This document shows, one piece after another, positions 63,435 to 64,000 of a stretch of DNA of 64,000 bases. Each line of letters opens with the position of its first letter. Position 1 is the first letter of the stretch. The notes under the pieces were generated by a model, which saw only the letters and a program-made list of their open reading frames with translations, was not told the origin of the DNA and did no database searches. The position numbers were made by a program, and so were the translations under genes. Location: positions 6,386,001 to 6,450,000 of the forward strand of contig NC_043002.1 of NCBI RefSeq assembly GCF_006345805.1, read 5' to 3'. Source of the stretch: Octopus sinensis (Eukaryota).

Positions 63435-63532
63435 GTTCCACTGAAATTATTCATTCTGCTTTAAGCGATTTGCCTGATTTATCTGGTTTGTCACTTCACC
63501 TGTCGTTGGACGGGTATTTGCGCAGCTCAAAG
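63435..63532 (+). CDS. Candidate 98-nt exon (STEIIHSALSDLPDLSGLSLHLSLDGYLRSSK), gene unknown
   Basis: CTGTAG acceptor, one open frame, AAG|GTAATC donor; no homology recognised. Confidence 0.15.
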
Positions 63533-63610
63533 GTAATCTAGCCGAAAGAAAAATTGGTTCCACCTACTGACTGTACCGTACTTAACGACTGAGCCAGAAG
63601 GATTAAAGGG

Positions 63611-63843
63611 GGTTAAAGCAGCGAGCTGGCAGAAACGTTAGCACGCCGGGCGAAATGCGTAGCCGTATTTCGTCTGCCGCTACGTTCTGAGTTCAAATTC
63701 TGCTGAGGTCGACTTTGCCTTTCATCCTTTCGGGGTCGATAAATTAAGTACTAGTTACGCACTGGAGTCGATGTAATCGACTTAATCCATTTGTCCTTGC
63801 ATGTCCCCTCTATGTTTAGCCCCTTGTGGGCAATAAAGAAATA
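63611..63843 (+). mobile_element. SINE family C, full length with ~15-bp TSD
   Basis: TSD AGAAGGATTAAAGGG at 63596-63610 and 63844-63858. Confidence 0.93.
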
Positions 63844-64000
63844 AGAAGGATTAAAGGGAGTAAAAAACACGACTTCGACCAGATTTGAATCAAAACGCGG
63901 AGAGCGAATGTTATTACGGAAATGTAGTTATCCGACAAGCCGACTCATTTGACTCATGGATGTCTTGTTAGAATATCAAATGCTGCATTACTGGTCTTGA

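Overview
AT-rich, microsatellite- and transposon-dense eukaryotic DNA, most likely an octopus (coleoid cephalopod) intron or intergenic region; the organism is inferred from the repeat repertoire. No intact protein-coding gene, rRNA, tRNA gene or CRISPR array is supported. Nearly all ORFs in the supplied track are microsatellite artefacts or transposon debris. The window holds at least five tRNA-derived SINE families (working names A, C, D, G, H), non-LTR LINE fragments (R4/Dong-like and a second restriction-like-endonuclease lineage, CR1, RTE/BovB), decayed mariner and Tc1 transposases, several MITEs, a Helentron/DINE-like element, probable Penelope-like fragments and a 100-N gap. The best candidate for an undescribed system is at 40922-41220 (minus strand): a tRNA-headed SINE-like element with a minimal hammerhead-ribozyme motif in its 3' half and a fold-back duplication of its 5' end, suggesting a Penelope-mobilised ribozyme SINE. 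Three other hammerhead-like motifs occur. Family C SINEs form tandem dimers with the same junction at four loci, suggesting self-targeted insertion and mobilisation of the dimer. A few isolated exon-like segments are reported at low confidence. TE boundaries are approximate unless TSDs or TIRs are given, and family names come from motif recognition, not database search.
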